DNA of 64,000 nucleotides from an uncultured delta proteobacterium (GCA_963752595.1 CAVVYZ010000009.1:300038-364037); one strand, 5' to 3'. Counted from the stretch's first letter, positions 46,325 to 55,905 are shown. Numbers and translations: made by a program. The notes: generated from the letters alone by a model not told the origin.

Positions 46325-47325
46325 ATGTCAGAAAAACTGCACCGTGTAGTGATCATCGGCGGAGGGTTCGGAGGGCTTTCGGCGGCCCGGGCACTGAAAG
46401 GTGCACCCGTACAGGTTACCCTCATCGACAAGTGCAATTTTCACCTTTTCCAGCCCCTGCTCTATAAGGTTGTCACGGGCCTGCTGTGCCCCTCGGAAAT
46501 CACATCACCCCTGCGCCTCATCCTCATAGGGCAAAAGAATACAACCGTTCTCCTCGGAGAGGTGACCGGCGTTGACCCGAATGCCGAATGCGTCCTTCTG
46601 AATGACGGCGAAATCGGGTACGACACCCTGATCATGGCTGCCGGCATGGTGAACGACTATTACGGTAATGACGAGTGGCAGAAGTATGCGCCGGGCCTGA
46701 AGACCATCGAAGATACCGCGAGGATACGGCAGCGCATTTTCTACGCCTTCGAGGTCGCAGAACGCGAGCCCGACCCAAAGGAACGCGAGCGCTGGCTGAC
46801 GTTCGTTGTTATCGGGACCGGAGACGCCGGCGTTGAGCTTTCCGGCATGATCGCGGAGATCGCGATGAACACCCTCAAGGGAGAGTTCCGCACCATACGC
46901 CCCGAGGAATCGAAGATACTGCTTTTGGACGCTGCAGACCGCATCCTGCCCTCGTATCCCAAAGGCCTCTTTCGATTAACAGAAAAGTCGCTGAAAAGGC
47001 TTGGCGTGCACACGCAGACGCTTACCAGGGTCGTGGAGATCGACGAGCACGGCATCACCGTCGAACGGCCGGGGGAAAAGAATATATCCCTGCACGGACC
47101 GTGATCTGGGCATCAGGGGTGACCGCATCCCCGCTGGGAAGACTCCTGGCGGAGAAAACCGGCGCAGGAACGGACAAGCTGTGGCGCGTCATCGTGAGCT
47201 CCGACCTCACCATCCCGGACCGTCCGGAAATATTCATAGTCGGCGACCTCGGTCACTGTGAAGGGAAAAACAAATCGCCGATGCCCGGTCTTGCACCCGG
47301 AAACCTTAAAAAGCAGGGCACCTGA
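46325..47325 (+). pseudogene. ndh: Type II NADH dehydrogenase, 3'-truncated and degenerate
   Basis: IIGGGFGG, FQPLLY, APGLKTIED, IWASGV, FIVGD, PGLAP then stop; second GxGxxG altered to GTGDAG; C-terminal membrane domain absent. Confidence 0.7.
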
Positions 47326-47359
47326 TCCGTTTTACGTTCTGTTTCTCATTGCCAAGACG

Positions 47360-47920
47360 TTACCGGGAAAACGTAGCAGTGAGCTTCGCCTTTGCCAGGG
47401 CATGCTGGTTCAGGTTGAAGCCCACCATGGCGCCCGACGCGTTTTCATCCAGGGGAAGCGATTCGACGTCAAGGGCATAGACGGTAAAGATATAGCGGTG
47501 GGGTTTATCTCCGGGGGGAGGACACGGCCCGCCGAAGCCGGGTTTTCCGAAATCGGTCCGGCTCTGTATGCTTCCCTTCGGTGCTGCCCCCGATGCCGGA
47601 TCGCCTGCATTTTTCGGCAGAGCGTGAACTTTGGCCGGGATATTGAATACGATCCAATGCCACCAGCCGCTTCCGGTCGGCGCATCGGGATCATATACCG
47701 TCACGGCAAAGCTTTTCGTGTTTGCAGGGGCTCCTTCCCACTGGAGCGCCGGGGAAGCGTTCTTGCCCGTGCATCCCATTCCGGAGAACACCTGCTCCAT
47801 ATCCATAGATTTGCCCTGCCGGAGCTGGGGGCTGGTAAGGGTAAAAATCGCTCCAAAGGCGGATACCGAAAGCATAACCCCGCAAACGACACCTATAAGC
47901 GCAATACATCGTTTCGACAT
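47360..47920 (-). CDS. YbhB/YbcL (PEBP/RKIP) family periplasmic protein
   Basis: Signal peptide, YDPDAPTGSGWWHW, GGPCPP, HRYIFTVYAL. Confidence 0.93.
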   Translation of the reverse strand: MSKRCIALIGVVCGVMLSVSAFGAIFTLTSPQLRQGKSMDMEQVFSGMGCTGKNASPALQWEGAPANTKSFAVTVYDPDAPTGSGWWHWIVFNIPAKVHALPKNAGDPASGAAPKGSIQSRTDFGKPGFGGPCPPPGDKPHRYIFTVYALDVESLPLDENASGAMVGFNLNQHALAKAKLTATFSR

Positions 47921-48110
47921 GTCTTCCTCCTCTCTTCCATTCTCACGGCAGCCCGGATTACAAGCTAGAAAAAGAATTCCACTTATAAATTGTTCCTCTA
48001 CGTGTTTCAATACAACGTTCCCCTTTCAACTCAAGGCGCTCTCGAAGTCATCCGGTCCCATGCCGGTCATGGCACGGAGTATTCTTTGACCCTGTCTGCA
48101 GAAAACGGAG

Positions 48111-48164
48111 TTGACAAAACAGGGCAGAGTGCATAAGAATTCATTCAAGTAAATGTTTGAATGA
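48111..48164 (+). promoter_or_regulatory. Sigma-70 promoter with CadC/SmtB-type operator
   Basis: TTGACA at 48111; inverted repeat TCATTCAA-GTAAATGT-TTGAATGA at 48141-48164 resembling ArsR/SmtB cad operators. Confidence 0.75.
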
Positions 48165-48211
48165 TCAGATACGTACTCTATACCCGCATTCTTCAGAAAG
48201 GGACTGACGAG

Positions 48212-48622
48212 ATGGCTGTTGAAAAGGGAGACTTAACCGGCAGAAAGGTGCTCGACGATACCGGCAGGCAGGATATCTGTGAGATATTCTGTTCCGATGC
48301 ATCCAAGGTAAGCAGGCTTCGAAAAGATGTCCACCGGGCAAAAGGGCTGGGGAGCCTGTTCAAGGCGTTTGCCGACGAAACGAGGTCGGCCATCCTCTAT
48401 TGCCTGTCAAAGGAGGAGCTGTGCGTCTGTGATGTGGCCCTTATCATGGGCATGTCGGTTCAGGCTGTCTCCCACCACCTGAGGCTGCTGAAGGCCTCCG
48501 ACATCGTCCGTTACCGCCGAGAAGGCAAGATCGTCTACTACTCCCTGGATGACGACCACATTGCAACCCTGCTTCAGGAAGGGCTTGCACATGTGCAGCA
48601 CACCCGAAGCCCGCATCCCTGA
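48212..48622 (+). CDS. cadC: ArsR/SmtB family metal-sensing repressor (CadC-like)
   Basis: N-terminal CEIFC, alpha3 ELCVCD, VSHHLRLL, alpha5 DDDHI...H. Confidence 0.85.
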   Translation: MAVEKGDLTGRKVLDDTGRQDICEIFCSDASKVSRLRKDVHRAKGLGSLFKAFADETRSAILYCLSKEELCVCDVALIMGMSVQAVSHHLRLLKASDIVRYRREGKIVYYSLDDDHIATLLQEGLAHVQHTRSPHP

Positions 48623-48637
48623 CCGGAGGAGATTTTC

Positions 48638-51001
48638 ATGGACAACCAGGCACATACGCAGAAACAAAGCATCACGGTCACCGGCCTCGACTGCCCGGAT
48701 TGCGCAGCCTCGCTTGAAAAGCGGATCAATTCGATCCCGGGTGTCACCCGGGCAGAGATCAATGTGGTAACCTCGCGGCTGCTCCTTGAGCATACCGCGC
48801 CTTTGGAAAAGATTATCCTGGCTGTGGAAGATGCCGGATACGGCGTAGAGAAAGAGCAGCCCGAAGCGCTCTGGACAAAAACCGTGTTCAGGCTCACGGG
48901 CCTCGATTGCGCAGATTGCGCTTCGAAACTTCAAGCTCGGCTTTCCAGTGCCGAAGGAATCCGTGACGTATCCTTGAATTTCATGGCGGCAAAGCTTGAG
49001 TTAAGCCACAGCACCCCTGTCGAGTCCGTTCAGGAAATCATAAGGCAGGCAGGGTATGGTGCCGTGCCTGAATCTGAAACGAAAGTCCGGACGCACAAAG
49101 AAGCATACCAGGCCGATCCAAGGTTCTATACCACCGTTCTTTCAGGTGTCCTGCTGATTTCCGCCTGGCTCTCAAGCGCCTTCGTGCCCGAGGATGCCGT
49201 AACTGCCCTTTACCTGGCCACCATACTCGTCGGCGGGTTCTGGACCATACGGCGGGGCATTTCGTCGCTCCGGTCGCTCATCTTCGACATGAACGTCATG
49301 ATGACCATAGCCGTCACCGGTGCAGTGCTCATCGGCGAGTGGTCCGAAGGGGCAACCGTAGCCTTTCTCTATTCGCTGAGCAACATGCTGGAATCCATGA
49401 CCATGGAAAAGACCCGCAAATCCATCCGCTCGCTCATGGATCTGGCCCCGAAAGAAGCAACGGTCCGCCGGGACGGTGTCGAGATGCGTGTCGGGATAGG
49501 GGAAGTCGGAGCAGGCGAGATCGTCATCGTCAAACCCGGAGAAAAGATCTCGGTTGATGGAATCGTTACGGCCGGTGCCACCTCGATCGACCAGTCGCCC
49601 ATTACCGGCGAATCCGTGCCTGTGGATGCGTCCGCCGGGGATGAGGTGTTCGCCGGGACCGTGAACAAACAGGGGGCCGTCGAGATCCGGGTCACGAAAA
49701 CGGCGGATGATACCACGCTTGCCAAGATCATCCACCTCGTGGAGGAAGCGCAGTCACAGAGGGCCCCATCCCAGGCTTTTGTCGACCGTTTTGCGAGCTA
49801 CTACACCCCTGCGGTTCTCATCCTGGTTGCAGGCATGGCCGTCATCCCATCCCTGCTCTTTGCGCAGCCGTGGGAGCCGTGGATTTACCGGGCACTGGCC
49901 CTCGTTATCGTTGCGTGTCCGTGTGCCCTCGTGATATCCACGCCTGTCGCCATCATCTCGGCCATCGGCAACGCTGCCAAGCACGGCGTGCTGATCAAAG
50001 GCGGGGCGTTTCTCGAGCAGGCAGGGAGCTTGAAAGTCATTGCGTTCGACAAGACAGGGACCCTCACGCAGGGCCGACTGGAGGTGATAGATGTCCTGCC
50101 GGCTCCGGGGGTAAACGAGATCGACCTTCTCGAACTCGCCGCAGCAATCGAGATGCGCTCGGAGCATCCGCTCGCGGAAGCTATCCTCAAAAGGGCCAGG
50201 CTTGTGAGCTCGACTGTCCCTGCCCCGGATTTCTTCGAGGCTCTCCACGGCAAGGGAGTAAAGGCATCGTTTAGCGGGGATACATATTATGCAGGGAAAC
50301 CCGGTCTTTTCGCAGAAATGGGCATCCCTTTAAGTGATCTGGAGCATACGATCCGTTCGCTGCAGATTCAGGGAAAGACTGTCATGCTTGTGGGAACGGA
50401 TACGGGTGTGCTCGGCGCCATAGCGGTTGCCGATGAAATCCGGCCGGAGAGCGCTCGCAGCATACAATCACTGCACGCAGCGGGGATAGAAAAGGTGATC
50501 ATGCTCAGCGGGGACAATGCGGAGACGGCCCGGGCAATCGGGAAAAAGCTCGGAATGGAAGAAGTACGGGCCGAACTGCTGCCGCAGGACAAGGTGGACG
50601 AGGTGAGAGACCTTCTCCGTCAGCACGGCCGGGTGGCAATGGTCGGCGACGGCATCAACGACGCACCCGCACTGGCAACGGCGACCGTAGGCATCGCCAT
50701 GGGCACGGCCGGGACAGACACCGCGCTCGAGACCGCGGATATTGTGCTCATGTCGGACGACCTCACCAAGCTTCCCTATACCATCGGTTTGAGCCGCAAG
50801 GCGTTGAAGATCATCAGGCAGAACATCGCGTTCTCCATCATCGTCAAGCTCCTGGCCGTCAGCCTTATCTTTCCGGGCTGGCTCACACTGTGGCTCGCTG
50901 TCCTTTCAGACATGGGAGCATCCGTCCTGGTGACCTTGAACGGCATGCGGCTGATCAACGGGAAAGCTTCTTCCACGTCAACCCACGGCAGAGAGCCTTG
51001 A
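48638..51001 (+). CDS. cadA: Heavy-metal P1B-2 ATPase (Cd/Zn/Pb)
   Basis: Two HMA domains (GLDCPDC, GLDCADC), TGES, CPC, DKTGT, SEHP, GDGIND, Lys in M7 and SDMG in M8. Confidence 0.92.
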   Translation: MDNQAHTQKQSITVTGLDCPDCAASLEKRINSIPGVTRAEINVVTSRLLLEHTAPLEKIILAVEDAGYGVEKEQPEALWTKTVFRLTGLDCADCASKLQARLSSAEGIRDVSLNFMAAKLELSHSTPVESVQEIIRQAGYGAVPESETKVRTHKEAYQADPRFYTTVLSGVLLISAWLSSAFVPEDAVTALYLATILVGGFWTIRRGISSLRSLIFDMNVMMTIAVTGAVLIGEWSEGATVAFLYSLSNMLESMTMEKTRKSIRSLMDLAPKEATVRRDGVEMRVGIGEVGAGEIVIVKPGEKISVDGIVTAGATSIDQSPITGESVPVDASAGDEVFAGTVNKQGAVEIRVTKTADDTTLAKIIHLVEEAQSQRAPSQAFVDRFASYYTPAVLILVAGMAVIPSLLFAQPWEPWIYRALALVIVACPCALVISTPVAIISAIGNAAKHGVLIKGGAFLEQAGSLKVIAFDKTGTLTQGRLEVIDVLPAPGVNEIDLLELAAAIEMRSEHPLAEAILKRARLVSSTVPAPDFFEALHGKGVKASFSGDTYYAGKPGLFAEMGIPLSDLEHTIRSLQIQGKTVMLVGTDTGVLGAIAVADEIRPESARSIQSLHAAGIEKVIMLSGDNAETARAIGKKLGMEEVRAELLPQDKVDEVRDLLRQHGRVAMVGDGINDAPALATATVGIAMGTAGTDTALETADIVLMSDDLTKLPYTIGLSRKALKIIRQNIAFSIIVKLLAVSLIFPGWLTLWLAVLSDMGASVLVTLNGMRLINGKASSTSTHGREP

Positions 51002-51119
51002 GATATACTGCCGCTCGTGCTTTCTCAACTTTGCCCCCTCACCCCGCCCACTCCACCGTTTCCGGGAGAGAGCAAGGGAAAAGGGGTTGCTCACCTACAG
51101 GATAAAATTTGACGAGAGG

Positions 51120-51407
51120 CTAGAGCAGTTCGAGGAAGTCTTTCCACGGTGTTCCCGGCAGCGTTTCGGTTACGGAATGTCCATAGGTGCGTATGATCAT
51201 TACAGCCTTTTCCAGCTGTTTCGGGTCATTGCACTCGACGATATCTACGGTATCGAAACGGCCCATCACGGAATAGCTTTCCTTCCAGACAACACTCGGG
51301 CACTCCCTCTTGATGTGCTCGGCCACGCGTTCGGCGAGCTTCTTGAAGCCCTTCGGGTCTCTCAGTGCATCCGGGGACAGCCGGCTCAGGATTATATATG
51401 TCTGCAT
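51120..51407 (-). CDS. GYD domain protein
   Basis: MQTYIIL, YSVMGRFDTV, TETLP; AAGGAGG RBS. Confidence 0.85.
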   Translation of the reverse strand: MQTYIILSRLSPDALRDPKGFKKLAERVAEHIKRECPSVVWKESYSVMGRFDTVDIVECNDPKQLEKAVMIIRTYGHSVTETLPGTPWKDFLELL

Positions 51408-51516
51408 GGGGAACCTCCTTGCTGGTTCTTTAGGCATGGTTCATAAGGATATTAATAATATGCTCCGGCGGAAAAATCTCCTGGTGCAGCACACGGGTCC
51501 TCACCCTTTAAGGAGA

Positions 51517-52296
51517 TCAGGATCCGGACACGGTCATCTTGTTGTCCACGCCCCTGACGCCCTGGACATCGGTGATGATCTTGGTGACGAGATCCTTCTC
51601 CGCTGCATTCTTTGCAGTGCCGCGTACCGTAACAATGCCGTTGTTCGTGTCAACCGCCGCATTTACTGTTCTCGTAGAACTGCGGGACATCAGGGCGAGC
51701 ATTACCTGCGCAGTAATGGATGCATCATCGATCTTTTGTCCAATGGTCTGCTGCCCGGTTCCCGAAGCGCCCTTTACGGTCATCTCGTTGACAACCCCTT
51801 TGACCCCGCCGACATCCTTGGCGTACTCTGCAGTCAACTCTCTCTGCGCGTCGTTTTCTGCTTCGCCCCGCAAGGTTACGATGCCGTTCCTGACAGAAAT
51901 ATCCGTATTCCCGGCGTTCACATTCTGATGGACGATCAGGGCTGCCTTGACCCGTGCTGCGAGGGTATTGTCGGAGTTGTCCGATACAGGGCCCTGTTTG
52001 ACCTGGAGTCTGTTGTCGACACTCGTTACCCCGGGCAGATTCTGCACGGTATCCTGGGCCAGTATCCTCTCCGATTCATCGGATACCGTGCCCGACAGGG
52101 TGACCTTACCGTTATCTGATTTGATCGTGATATCCTTGCCCTGAAGGTAAGTCTTGAAGGCATACGATTCCCTTGCAGCCGATTCGATGCGCTTATCCGT
52201 CTCGCCTTTATTCACCGTAGCACATGCTGCAAGCAGAGCGGCTGCAGCCACAGCAAGCAGGATACGGCAGGTAACAGGTAATATTTTCCCCTTCAT
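51517..52296 (-). CDS. Triple BON-domain lipoprotein
   Basis: Lipobox LAA-C; three GxVTLxG...GVxxVxN repeats. Confidence 0.92.
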   Translation of the reverse strand: MKGKILPVTCRILLAVAAAALLAACATVNKGETDKRIESAARESYAFKTYLQGKDITIKSDNGKVTLSGTVSDESERILAQDTVQNLPGVTSVDNRLQVKQGPVSDNSDNTLAARVKAALIVHQNVNAGNTDISVRNGIVTLRGEAENDAQRELTAEYAKDVGGVKGVVNEMTVKGASGTGQQTIGQKIDDASITAQVMLALMSRSSTRTVNAAVDTNNGIVTVRGTAKNAAEKDLVTKIITDVQGVRGVDNKMTVSGS

Positions 52297-52438
52297 GGTA
52301 TTCTCCTTTCTGTAAGGCTCATATTCCATCGCCCTTACGGCAGGCTTGAAGATCCGCTGCCTTTCCGTTTGAATCTTTGATGTCCGGCTTCATCACGGGC
52401 CGGGATGTCTTTGCTTTTCTTCTCTAGGAGTAATAAGT

Positions 52439-52478
52439 AAAAGACCTGCCCCATCTTCCAAGGCTGGGCAGGTTTTTT
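52439..52478. terminator. Bidirectional terminator-like hairpin in a divergent intergenic region
   Basis: AAAAAG-ACCTGCCC...GGGCAGGT-TTTTT. Confidence 0.5.
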
Positions 52479-52595
52479 AAGGGTGCTTCGTACATAGACC
52501 GGCGATGGATGAACACCATCCTTGAATATCCTTCACGCCGCTTTACCATGAGCTTAAGGGGATCGTTACCATCAAATAAGATGAGGGGGGGGTTT

Positions 52596-53162
52596 ATGAA
52601 ACCGATCGGCATGTTGATGTGGGAACACCGGCTCATCGAGCAGGTCATCGGCTTGTTTCCCGATGAAATATCAAAAATCGGCAAGGCAAACAGGGTGGAC
52701 ACGGTTTTCATCCAGGTGGCAGTGGATTTTATCAAAATTTATGCGGACCGCACCCACCACGGCAAGGAAGAGGATATCCTTTTCCGGATTCTGAAAAAGC
52801 ATAAGATAGCTCCGGAACTTTATAAGATCATGGAAGAACTCATCAAGGAACATATCTATGCAAGGAATCTCGTCAAGAGCCTCGTGGAAGCCAATGAAAA
52901 ATACATCCGGGGGGAAAACAAACTCCCGGATATCGTTACCCGCCTCCAGTCTATAGCCGAATTCTACCCGGTACATATCGAGAAAGAGGACAAGCACTTC
53001 TTTCACCAGTCCATGGGGTTCTTAGACGGCGAAGAGCAGGAAGAGATGCTCCGCGAGTTCGAAGATTTCGACCGCAAGATGATCCATGAAAAGTATAAGA
53101 ATGTCGTGGAAAGTCTGACCGGCAAGGAAATTTCCTGGGCTCCGCCGGGGATGGTCCGATAA
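52596..53162 (+). CDS. Hemerythrin-like (HHE) domain protein
   Basis: LMWEHRLI, HHGKEEDILF, EHIYAR, HIEKED. Confidence 0.9.
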   Translation: MKPIGMLMWEHRLIEQVIGLFPDEISKIGKANRVDTVFIQVAVDFIKIYADRTHHGKEEDILFRILKKHKIAPELYKIMEELIKEHIYARNLVKSLVEANEKYIRGENKLPDIVTRLQSIAEFYPVHIEKEDKHFFHQSMGFLDGEEQEEMLREFEDFDRKMIHEKYKNVVESLTGKEISWAPPGMVR

Positions 53163-53280
53163 AACCTCTTCCGAAGGCATCAGTCTGCACATTGTCCTAC
53201 CCATAACCAGGGGCGTACCCTGAGCCTAGCCCGTTTGCCGACACATCTCCTTGACCACCAAGGGGATTCTCCCTATAAAG

Positions 53281-54180
53281 ATGATCATGCATGTACCGGA
53301 GCAATTGGTGATCAGGCCTCCGAGCGAGGCGAAAAGCCTGCTCGTGAGGGTGGTGCGCGGATGCAACTGGAACCGCTGCAACTTCTGCGGCATCTACGAC
53401 CTCTTCGGCACGCCGTACTCTTCCCGCGAAAAGGACGAGGTCATCAGGGACATCGATGCCCTCTCCGAGATGTACGGTGATATCTTCAAAACCGCATTCC
53501 TGGGCGATGCCAACCCGCTCGATCTGGAGACAGAGTTTCTCGTGGATATCCTTGAGCATCTCCGTAAAAAATTCCCCGGATTGGGGCGCGTGACTGCATA
53601 CGGCAGGGCTTCGAGCCTTTCGAAAAAGTCTGCAGAAGAGCTGAAAACCATCCGTGAAGCAGGGCTGGACCGGGTGCATGTGGGTCTGGAAAGCGGATCG
53701 AACAGGGTCCTGAAGTTCCAGATGAAAGGGACGAGCCAAAAACAGCTTATCGATGCAGGGGAAAAAACAATGGCCGCGGGCATGGAGCTGAGCTTCTACT
53801 TCCTGCTCGGTCTGGGAGGGCAGGATTTCCGGCAGGAGCACGTTTCGGAATCAATCAAGGTATTCAATGAGGTGAAACCCCATTTCATCCGGGTGAGGAG
53901 GCTGTTCATCCACCCCATGTCGCGGCTCTCGGCAAAGGTGCAATGTGGTGAATTCAGGGAGCAGGCTCCCGAAGGCACCGTCCTGGAACTGCGGGATCTC
54001 ATTGCCGGGCTCGATACGGAAGGTACGACATGCGCCTGCGATCACGCGAACAACTACCTGCAGGTTTTCGGAAAGCTCAATGAAGATAAGGAAAAGATGC
54101 TCGAATTCATCAACACCTTCCTTGCCCTGCCCGAGCATCAGAGGATTGCCCACTATAATTCCGTTCCATCCGTGATCTGA
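53281..54180 (+). CDS. Radical SAM protein, paralog of 41225..42103
   Basis: IRPPSEAKS, CNWNRCNFC, FLGDAN, VGLESG, DHANNYL. Confidence 0.9.
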   Translation: MIMHVPEQLVIRPPSEAKSLLVRVVRGCNWNRCNFCGIYDLFGTPYSSREKDEVIRDIDALSEMYGDIFKTAFLGDANPLDLETEFLVDILEHLRKKFPGLGRVTAYGRASSLSKKSAEELKTIREAGLDRVHVGLESGSNRVLKFQMKGTSQKQLIDAGEKTMAAGMELSFYFLLGLGGQDFRQEHVSESIKVFNEVKPHFIRVRRLFIHPMSRLSAKVQCGEFREQAPEGTVLELRDLIAGLDTEGTTCACDHANNYLQVFGKLNEDKEKMLEFINTFLALPEHQRIAHYNSVPSVI

Positions 54181-54310
54181 TAAGGGAATTCCTGCAGTGT
54201 GCGGTTAAAACCAAGAAGCCCTTTGTTTTTCCCAATGATTCCAATAAAATCTACTTTTTTGCTTGACTTATGAGCCGTTTTGACTTTAAAGCTCCATTTC
54301 TATGACGAGT

Positions 54311-54358
54311 ATGAAAAACATAACCATCAGCACCAGCTTCTTTTTCTTCTTTGTTTAG
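54311..54358 (+). CDS. Phenylalanine-rich attenuator leader peptide MKNITISTSFFFFFV (in-frame upstream ATG at 54302)
   Basis: ATG AAA AAC ATA ACC ATC AGC ACC AGC TTC TTT TTC TTC TTT GTT TAG: five consecutive Phe codons, one codon before the stop. Confidence 0.85.
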   Translation: MKNITISTSFFFFFV

Positions 54359-54451
54359 GTCTACCTGCGTACACGCTTTTTAAGATCTGACCAAAGAGAA
54401 CGAGGAAAAAAGCCGTAGGTAGACCGAGTCGGTCTACCTACGGCTTTTTTT
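54347..54451 (+). promoter_or_regulatory. Transcriptional attenuator (protector, antiterminator, terminator)
   Basis: Terminator GCCGTAGGTAGACC/GGTCTACCTACGGC (54412-54444) + T7; antiterminator GGTCTACCTGCG (54358-54369) is complementary to the terminator 5' arm; protector 54347-54362 pairs with 54383-54398. Confidence 0.88.
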
Positions 54452-54518
54452 ATGCATTGTTCCTTGGGAAGCCCATGGAGCATGCATGGAGATATCATAT
54501 CAAGAAGGGGGAAACAGT

Positions 54519-55730
54519 ATGGTGAGAGGGTTAAAATTTTTGATCAGTGCGGTGGCAGGCATCGCAGTCTTCTGCGGGGCCATGTCGGCATCCGCAGAGA
54601 ACATCAAGGTAGGCGCGGCAATGAACCTGACCGGCCCTGCATCAACCTGGGGGCAGTACCATGCCAAGGGCCAGCAGGACTACTTCAGATACGTCAACGA
54701 GGTAAAAGGCGGCATCAAGGGCAGAAAGATCCAGATGATCACCGTGGATACCGCCTACAAGGCGTCCGAGGCGGTTGCTGCCGTCCGGAAGTTCGCCATG
54801 CAGGACAAGGTGGACATGATCGCCACCTGGAGCGCAGGAGAAGGCATCCAGGCGAAACCGCTGCTCCAGCAGTTCAAGATCCCTGCCATCAACTACTCCA
54901 CGGCCTGGGAGATCCTGCAGCCGCCGGTCGATTACATGTACCTGCCTTTCGGCAACTACAAGCTCGACTGCCAGGCCGTGCTCGAGTACGTCGTTGCCGT
55001 GCACAAGGGCAAAAGTTCACCCAAGGTCGGCCTGCTGACCTACAACAACCCCTACGGCCGCTCAATCCACGAGCCGAGCAGGGAGTATGCGAAAAAGAAG
55101 AATATAGAGATCGTGTCCATCGAGGAGTTCCCTCCTCAGACCGTTGATCTCACCACCGAGCTGCTCCGCCTCAAGCAGAAGGGAGCCCAGTACGTATTCG
55201 TCCAGATGCTGCCCGCAGCCATCATCAGCACGCTCAAAAGCGCTGACCGCATCGGCTACAACCCGCAGTTCATCGGCACCTGGACCTCTACGGACCCGGA
55301 TTTCTTCAAGAACGGCAAGGGCCTCATCAAGGACCGGGTGAAAATGCAGTTCTGCGGCGCGCTTCCTTCGGACAAGACGCCCGGGATCAAGCTGATGGAA
55401 GGTATCTGGAAGCGCTACAAGACCGTTGATTCCTTCGATACCGCCTACTGGGAAGGCATGGTTGTCGGCATGATCATGGAACGGGCATTTGCAAGGGCCC
55501 AGGAGAAGTTCGGAAACATCACGCCCGAAAACATCAACAAGGCCATGGAGACCTTCAGGAACGAGGACTTCGGCGGGCTGGTCCCGAACATCACCTACAC
55601 CAAGAACGACCACGGCGCATCGTTCAAGGGCAGGATCGTCCAGATTCACGAGAACGGGACCTTTACCCCGCTGACCAATTTCTTCACCCCCGGCAAGGAC
55701 AAGATCAGAGCTCAAAGTGAAATAACGTGA
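54519..55730 (+). CDS. ABC transporter substrate-binding protein, LivJ/HAAT family
   Basis: Signal peptide, IKVGAAMNLTGP, YVNEVKGGIKGRKI, DTAYK. Confidence 0.92.
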   Translation: MVRGLKFLISAVAGIAVFCGAMSASAENIKVGAAMNLTGPASTWGQYHAKGQQDYFRYVNEVKGGIKGRKIQMITVDTAYKASEAVAAVRKFAMQDKVDMIATWSAGEGIQAKPLLQQFKIPAINYSTAWEILQPPVDYMYLPFGNYKLDCQAVLEYVVAVHKGKSSPKVGLLTYNNPYGRSIHEPSREYAKKKNIEIVSIEEFPPQTVDLTTELLRLKQKGAQYVFVQMLPAAIISTLKSADRIGYNPQFIGTWTSTDPDFFKNGKGLIKDRVKMQFCGALPSDKTPGIKLMEGIWKRYKTVDSFDTAYWEGMVVGMIMERAFARAQEKFGNITPENINKAMETFRNEDFGGLVPNITYTKNDHGASFKGRIVQIHENGTFTPLTNFFTPGKDKIRAQSEIT

Positions 55731-55760
55731 GAGGCGAATGGGTTTGGCATGAGAATCCGT

Positions 55761-55843
55761 CCTGATACCACCGGGATTCATGCCGGTGGTATCAGGCACA
55801 GCACATGATGGGCGTCACTCCGGCACATGCCGGGAGTGACGCC
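55761..55843 (+). repeat. Two tandem GC-rich hairpins after the substrate-binding protein gene
   Basis: CCTGATACCACCGG/CCGGTGGTATCAGG (55761-55796) and GGCGTCACTCC/GGAGTGACGCC (55811-55843). Confidence 0.7.
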
Positions 55844-55905
55844 GGATAAAAGGACTTATTGTGAGGGCATTTCGCGGACAACCACGAATCTTCTCCGCCG
55901 ACAAG

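Noticed and set aside
52480-52530. Fluoride riboswitch-like GATGGTGTTC on the minus strand
   Set aside because: P1 pairing is poor and the conserved GCTRATGAC segment is absent.
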